From Promethearchaeota archaeon (GTDB lineage Archaea > Asgardarchaeota > Lokiarchaeia > Sigyniarchaeales > SOKP01), in contig JBHLPW010000001.1 in NCBI GenBank assembly GCA_048939015.1, positions 102,655 through 166,654 of the forward strand: a stretch of DNA of 64,000 nucleotides, given 5' to 3'. Below the pieces are notes generated by a model that saw nothing but the letters and a program-made list of their open reading frames with translations, was not told where the DNA came from and made no database searches. How positions within the stretch are numbered: the stretch's first letter is position 1; each line of letters opens with the position of its first letter. A program made the position numbers and the translations under genes. Positions 59,681 to 64,000 of the stretch are shown one piece after another.

Positions 59681-61090
59681 TTATGCTATTAAATCAACAA
59701 TAAAATTATAAACAATTGGTCCTACATATATTAATAGCAAAATAAATACAATGAGAGCAAAAATTCCGAATAAACCCCATAAAATTTTAGATAATTTACT
59801 TGGTGGTTTCCAATCTTTATATTTACTCTTACTTTTTGAGATTCTTTGATTTTCTTTAGAAAGAGCTTTATAATACTGTTGGATTCCTTTATCTGTAAGA
59901 TATTGTTTATCATCTTTCTGATATATCATCCCCTTTTTTTTCATCAAGTGTAAAATCCTGAGAATATTAAGTTTTTCAATTTTCGAAAGTCCAAATATTG
60001 CCCATACACCGAAAATTTCATATCCTTTTTTAAGAGCTTCAAAAAAAGTTTCATTAAGTTGCTGCTCCGATAGATTTTCTTCTTGAATCACTACTAATAT
60101 CCAATGAGCTATTTTTAATTCAAATGATTTATCTAAACTGAGTTTAAAGCTATCAATGTCAATATCTTCTCCAGATTTGATTAATGCAAATAGTGTTTCG
60201 AGACCATCAAATATAATTAAACCTGCAATTATTATACCAATAATAGAATCTATCCAATAAATGCGAAACAATGCAAAAATCAATCCAATTATTACTCCAA
60301 ATGATAACCTAATATTATTTACATTATCTTTCGCATCAGAGAGTAAAGCAAAATTAGCTTGTAATTTTCCAACAAAGTTCTTTAACACTAACAACATTAA
60401 ATTTATTAAAATTGATAAAAACATTAATAAGAATGAAAAATAAGAGGGATTTACACTATTAAATTGTATCAATGAAAAAATAGAACTAATAATCAAGTCT
60501 GCCCCAGTTATTAACATTAAGAGAATAATTACAATTGCTCCTAATCTATCTTTCTTTAATTTAATGCTTATCATAATGATTAATATCTTAATTATATCCG
60601 TGAAGTTCTCAATACCTTCATTAAATAAAGCATCGCTTCCTGAATTCAATCCAGTAATTATTTTCAATGAACTCATAAATATTAAACAAACTAAAGAGAA
60701 AATCAAGACAATTTTTTCACTAAAAAAAAATGCAATTGCTTTATTTGTAACTAAATTAACATTTTTGGATTTCGTTAAGACCTCATTTCCTTTTTCTGTT
60801 AGAGTATATTTATTTTTTTCTTTTTGGATTAACTCTTTATGGATTCCTTCTAAAAGTATATCCTCCAATTGAGTCTTTGTTAATCTAATATTATCAAATT
60901 CATTAACATAAAAATACTTAAAATAATCATAAATCTTCTCTGGAGTATTTTCACCTTTCTCAATAGCATAAATTAATGCGTATAAAGGAGAACCATTTGG
61001 ATCACCCTCTAAAATTTGAGTGACTTCATAAGAAAGTTTAGTAATCCCTTTATGTGTTTTTCGAAAATCTTTTAATTTTACACGTTCCAT
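59681..61090 (-). CDS. Cation-efflux (CDF)-like TM domain flanked by two winged-helix-like domains
   Basis: SDALFNEGIENFTD and FALLSDAKDN motifs; wing motifs YTLTEKG and YLTDKG. Confidence 0.72.
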   Translation of the reverse strand: MERVKLKDFRKTHKGITKLSYEVTQILEGDPNGSPLYALIYAIEKGENTPEKIYDYFKYFYVNEFDNIRLTKTQLEDILLEGIHKELIQKEKNKYTLTEKGNEVLTKSKNVNLVTNKAIAFFFSEKIVLIFSLVCLIFMSSLKIITGLNSGSDALFNEGIENFTDIIKILIIMISIKLKKDRLGAIVIILLMLITGADLIISSIFSLIQFNSVNPSYFSFLLMFLSILINLMLLVLKNFVGKLQANFALLSDAKDNVNNIRLSFGVIIGLIFALFRIYWIDSIIGIIIAGLIIFDGLETLFALIKSGEDIDIDSFKLSLDKSFELKIAHWILVVIQEENLSEQQLNETFFEALKKGYEIFGVWAIFGLSKIEKLNILRILHLMKKKGMIYQKDDKQYLTDKGIQQYYKALSKENQRISKSKSKYKDWKPPSKLSKILWGLFGIFALIVFILLLIYVGPIVYNFIVDLIA

Positions 61091-61409
61091 TTCTCAGTTA
61101 GATTAAATTCAACAAATTAACTATTATGATTAATAGAAATGTTTAATGTAATAAAAATTACTTCCAACCATCTCTTCTAGAATCTCTTACGATTCTACAC
61201 AAAGAAAATTTTAAAAAAAAAAATTAATAATTTTTTAAAGCTTACCCATTCTCTTAAAAAGTAAGTTATGAAGGGAATGATTGAGTTATATTATTATTTT
61301 CAATTTACGATAATAAAGATGAACATTTCATAGTACTAAAAATTATAACAATGACCTTTTTGAGCCATCTCTCATTTTTTGTTTATTAAAACAAAAACAT
61401 TTTTATAAA

Positions 61410-62405
61410 TTAATCTCTGTTTTCCCATTTCTTAAAAGAACCAAATGCTTCAGTTTTTGAAATTACTTTTTTTGAATTTTTATTAAAATGAATTGAGATG
61501 TAATAAGAGGAGATTTCTCGTTTAAATGATTTATACCGAAGATGTTGTGAAAAACTTTCGGCTAGGATCAAAACAACATTAACAGAATCCTTATTTTCAT
61601 GAATAAAAGGAAGAACATAATTCCATTTATGATAAAATCTGTACTCTTGACTAATTTGATTAGCTAATTCAAAAAAGGTAAATTCATCTGAAACATTTGA
61701 AATTGTTTGACTGATTAAATCTTGTTTTTTAGACGAACATACAAATTTTTTTGTTAAATTAAAAGTGGTAGATTCATTGTCCAAAACTTTCTCATAAATG
61801 AAATAATAAAATGGAAGAAGACCGGGAATATATTTCTGATTTCTAGGAATTTTAAGCTGTATTATAATTCTCAAAAAAGTTCTAATCCCAAAATATATTA
61901 GATAAACAAAAAGATAAAAGAAAGCAAGATTCATAAGAATTTGATAATAAGGTAATGTAAAATAAAATGCAATTAAAACCAGAAGATTCATACAAGAAAA
62001 AAACATCAATATTGGATTCACAGCTCTATCAGCAATTAATCTATACTCTCTTTTTGAGATCGGATAAAAAATTGGTATTTTTGAAGCAGCAAATAAATCT
62101 AGTGAGACATGGATACTATATCCTATGAATCCAGCAAACCAGATCTCAATTAAAGAGACATTTCTAAATGTTGATATAAAAAAACCAACGATTCCAGTAA
62201 ATACTAATCCTATAATATAAGAATGAGAACCAGCTTTATGAGAAAGAAAATACACTTTTCTTATTTTTTGAAGCGGTCCTAAGAAGACGTCAAAATCTGG
62301 TAAAAATGTCATAATCCACATAAGGATAATAGCTTCTGGACTTAACTTGGTTAGTGAAAATAGACCTGCTAGAACCCCTATAAACATATGTGTGAAAAAA
62401 TCCAT
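61410..62405 (-). CDS. Membrane-bound metal-dependent hydrolase (YbcI/YdjM-like)
   Basis: MDFFTH, LPDFD, HKAGSHS, HVSLD. Confidence 0.85.
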   Translation of the reverse strand: MDFFTHMFIGVLAGLFSLTKLSPEAIILMWIMTFLPDFDVFLGPLQKIRKVYFLSHKAGSHSYIIGLVFTGIVGFFISTFRNVSLIEIWFAGFIGYSIHVSLDLFAASKIPIFYPISKREYRLIADRAVNPILMFFSCMNLLVLIAFYFTLPYYQILMNLAFFYLFVYLIYFGIRTFLRIIIQLKIPRNQKYIPGLLPFYYFIYEKVLDNESTTFNLTKKFVCSSKKQDLISQTISNVSDEFTFFELANQISQEYRFYHKWNYVLPFIHENKDSVNVVLILAESFSQHLRYKSFKREISSYYISIHFNKNSKKVISKTEAFGSFKKWENRD

Positions 62406-62469
62406 ATAAGTTTTAACAATAAGACAGTTTATTTATAGAATTCGATTAAAGTTTATAGGAAACAATCCT

Positions 62470-62513
62470 ATTGTCAACCTTTCACTAGCATTTTTTGAAA
62501 GGTATCATTCAAT
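62470..62513 (-). ncRNA. Candidate eukaryote-like SECIS element (K-turn hairpin) in the 3' UTR
   Basis: Minus strand AUUG-AAU-GA-U-ACCUUUCA-AAAAAUGCUAG-UGAAAGGU-U-GA-CAAU: AUGA/GA core, 8-bp upper stem, apical A-run, 4-bp lower stem. Confidence 0.75.
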
Positions 62514-62514
62514 T

Positions 62515-62979
62515 TCATAAGCTTTTTTTAGATTTAAAATAATGGGCAAACTTGATATTCTCTTTTCCATAAGTTCTCATAATCACTGTTTTAAATTTAC
62601 CATAATCGAGTCGTTCTTTCATAACATCAGCTCATCAATCAGCATGGACTACTATTGTTATTTCACTATCTGGATATAAATTAAAATTAATATTTTCATG
62701 TAAAGGCATAAATTCTTTATTTGGTCCGTAAGCATTTACCGCACAATCATCGTAAATTGCGTTCTCCTCAGCATCCCATATTAATTGAAGATAACTTTTA
62801 ATCAATCCTTTATAAATAGGAAAAATGGATTTTTCAGGATTTTTATAATAGATATCATCTATTTTACTCAAAGCGTCTATTATTGAGCCATTGTCAGCAA
62901 TTTTTAAGCTAAAATCAAGCCCGTTTGATAACTTATTTTCTGGATCTGGAGCAAAAATAGTTAATTTAATATTTTTGAT
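62515..62979 (-). CDS. Candidate selenoprotein: beta-grasp (MoaD/Urm1-like) domain with tandem UGA-UGA and a 38-aa extension
   Basis: GGGGTGA SD at 62988-62994, ATC start 62979, 114 aa to ...SEITIVVHAD, TGA 62637-62635, TGA 62634-62632, then ADVMKERLDYGKFKTVIMRTYGKENIKFAHYFKSKKSL, TGA 62517-62515; SECIS-like hairpin downstream. Confidence 0.65.
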
Positions 62980-63024
62980 TTTTTAAATCACCCCTATAAA
63001 ATAAAAAAATAAAAGTTATATTAG

Positions 63025-63321
63025 CTAAATAAGTCCTTTAACTCTAAGAAGTTTCGGTAATTCTTTTTTAAGTGCAAAAGTAGAGGAGAATCTTTTCTCT
63101 CCATCCACTACAACACATTTACTATGCAAATTAAGTTTTCTGGCTTCTTCTGAATTAAGATTCTTAGTATCATAATCAATATGTTTAATATAAGGAGTTA
63201 GTTCAACAAATACTCGATTCATAAATTTATCCCATTCACAAGCACACGCGTCTAATGGAACAAAAATTTCCACCTTTAATTTATCAGTTTTAGTTTCTTT
63301 ACTTACTTTTATCACATCCAA
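63025..63321 (-). CDS. Small thioredoxin-fold-like protein with CAC motif
   Basis: KVEIFVPLDACACE-helix...CVVVDGE pattern. Confidence 0.65.
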   Translation of the reverse strand: MDVIKVSKETKTDKLKVEIFVPLDACACEWDKFMNRVFVELTPYIKHIDYDTKNLNSEEARKLNLHSKCVVVDGEKRFSSTFALKKELPKLLRVKGLI

Positions 63322-63324
63322 GAT

Positions 63325-63504
63325 CTATTCATTTTGATGAAGTCCTTTACATCTATCAGAACCACAATGAATGTGTTTTGGTTGATAATTTGGGTTATCT
63401 TTATTACATGTAGATTCTGAGAGACTGCAACTCGAATGAAACATATCTGCTAAAGCTTCTTTTATTATGTTAGCGATTTGTTCATCCATTTCTATTTCAT
63501 TCAT
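63325..63504 (-). CDS. Small 59-aa Cys/His-rich protein (not in ORF track)
   Basis: MNEIEMDEQIANIIKEALADMFHSSCSLSESTCNKDNPNYQPKHIHCGSDRCKGLHQNE*; ends 3 nt before the next start. Confidence 0.7.
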   Translation of the reverse strand: MNEIEMDEQIANIIKEALADMFHSSCSLSESTCNKDNPNYQPKHIHCGSDRCKGLHQNE

Positions 63505-63876
63505 TGCTACTCAATAAAATACTTGGTAATTTTTCAAGTTTTCTGTAATTTCACTAATAATCTATTCTAAAATTAAAAATATTAGGATTTCTAAAAACTT
63601 CTTTTTCCTAAATACTTACTTAAAAAGATTTCCGATAGTATAACTGGAGCCTCCACTTCTAATAAAATAAACTTTAATTTATATGTAGTCAACGTTAATA
63701 TTTTTACCACTAAAATCCTTTATTTGATTTCATATTTCATAAGAAATTTAAAAAAGGGGTAAATAAAACTTATTCTTCCAATTATAAAAATAAATTTTAA
63801 TTTTTCAAATAATTATGCTATCTAGAAACTAAATTCATTAAAATATCTCTTATCATTGATAATTATATGTGAGAGG

Positions 63877-64000
63877 ATGATGAATATAAACATCTCTGAG
63901 TTTAAAGAAAAATTTTATGAGTATACAAGCAACAGGAAATATAAGGAGACAATTTTACTTGTAGAATCAGCTTTGGAAGAAAATATCCCTCCTGATAAAT
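63877..64000 (+). CDS. Partial ORF, possibly a corrinoid-protein cap domain
   Basis: MMNINISEFKEKFYEYTSNRKYKETILLVESALEENIPPDK... runs off the window end. Confidence 0.45.
   Translation, partial: MMNINISEFKEKFYEYTSNRKYKETILLVESALEENIPPDK

Noticed and set aside
132-60872. The many 60-160 aa antisense or alternate-frame ORFs in the track (e.g. 30827..31243, 43208..43639, 52096..52584)
   Set aside because: They lie essentially within well-supported genes and show no motifs or SD sites, so they are treated as shadow ORFs.
62509-62517. Third and fourth in-frame TGA codons of the selenoprotein candidate as further Sec residues
   Set aside because: They abut or overlap the SECIS itself, too close for recoding by analogy with eukaryotic spacing rules, so they are treated as the true stop.
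63319-63327. In-frame TAG between the 59-aa peptide and the Trx-like ORF (possible pyrrolysine read-through)
   Set aside because: Sharing a frame has a 1-in-3 chance, a TTG start follows directly, and there are no pyl genes in the window.

Overview
This is an AT-rich (about 30% GC by eye) archaeal window, almost certainly from an Asgard archaeon of the Lokiarchaeia/Promethearchaeota type. Support comes from a lokiactin-like actin, a profilin-like domain, GGTGA/GAGG Shine-Dalgarno sites, TrmB/ArsR/TetR/PadR regulators and a SIR2-TPR protein. It is a dense accessory region of about 65 genes, mostly regulator-paired detox, transport and redox modules. No rRNA, tRNA, CRISPR array or transposase was recognised. 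Two candidate undescribed systems stand out. (1) At 62470-62979 (-), a MoaD/Urm1-like beta-grasp ORF with an ATC start has two tandem in-frame UGA codons where the di-Gly would be. It continues for 38 open codons and is followed by a eukaryote-like SECIS/K-turn hairpin, making it a candidate Sec-Sec selenoprotein in a small redox operon. (2) At 50606-53365 (+), an actin gene with an ATT start is followed by a profilin-like/TrmB-HTH fusion regulator. The actin promoter carries a TTGTC-N10-GACAA palindrome that is also found at the promoter of a paralogous regulator, suggesting an actin-sensing transcription circuit. Other notable features are a PadR-led operon with two BtrH-like peptidases and both a single and a tandem UvrA-like ATPase, a 2x6TM K+ channel with GYG/GFG pores, an ABC-exporter cassette bounded by a duplicated degT 3' end, and several non-AUG starts. 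All family assignments come from reading motifs by eye; no database searches were run.
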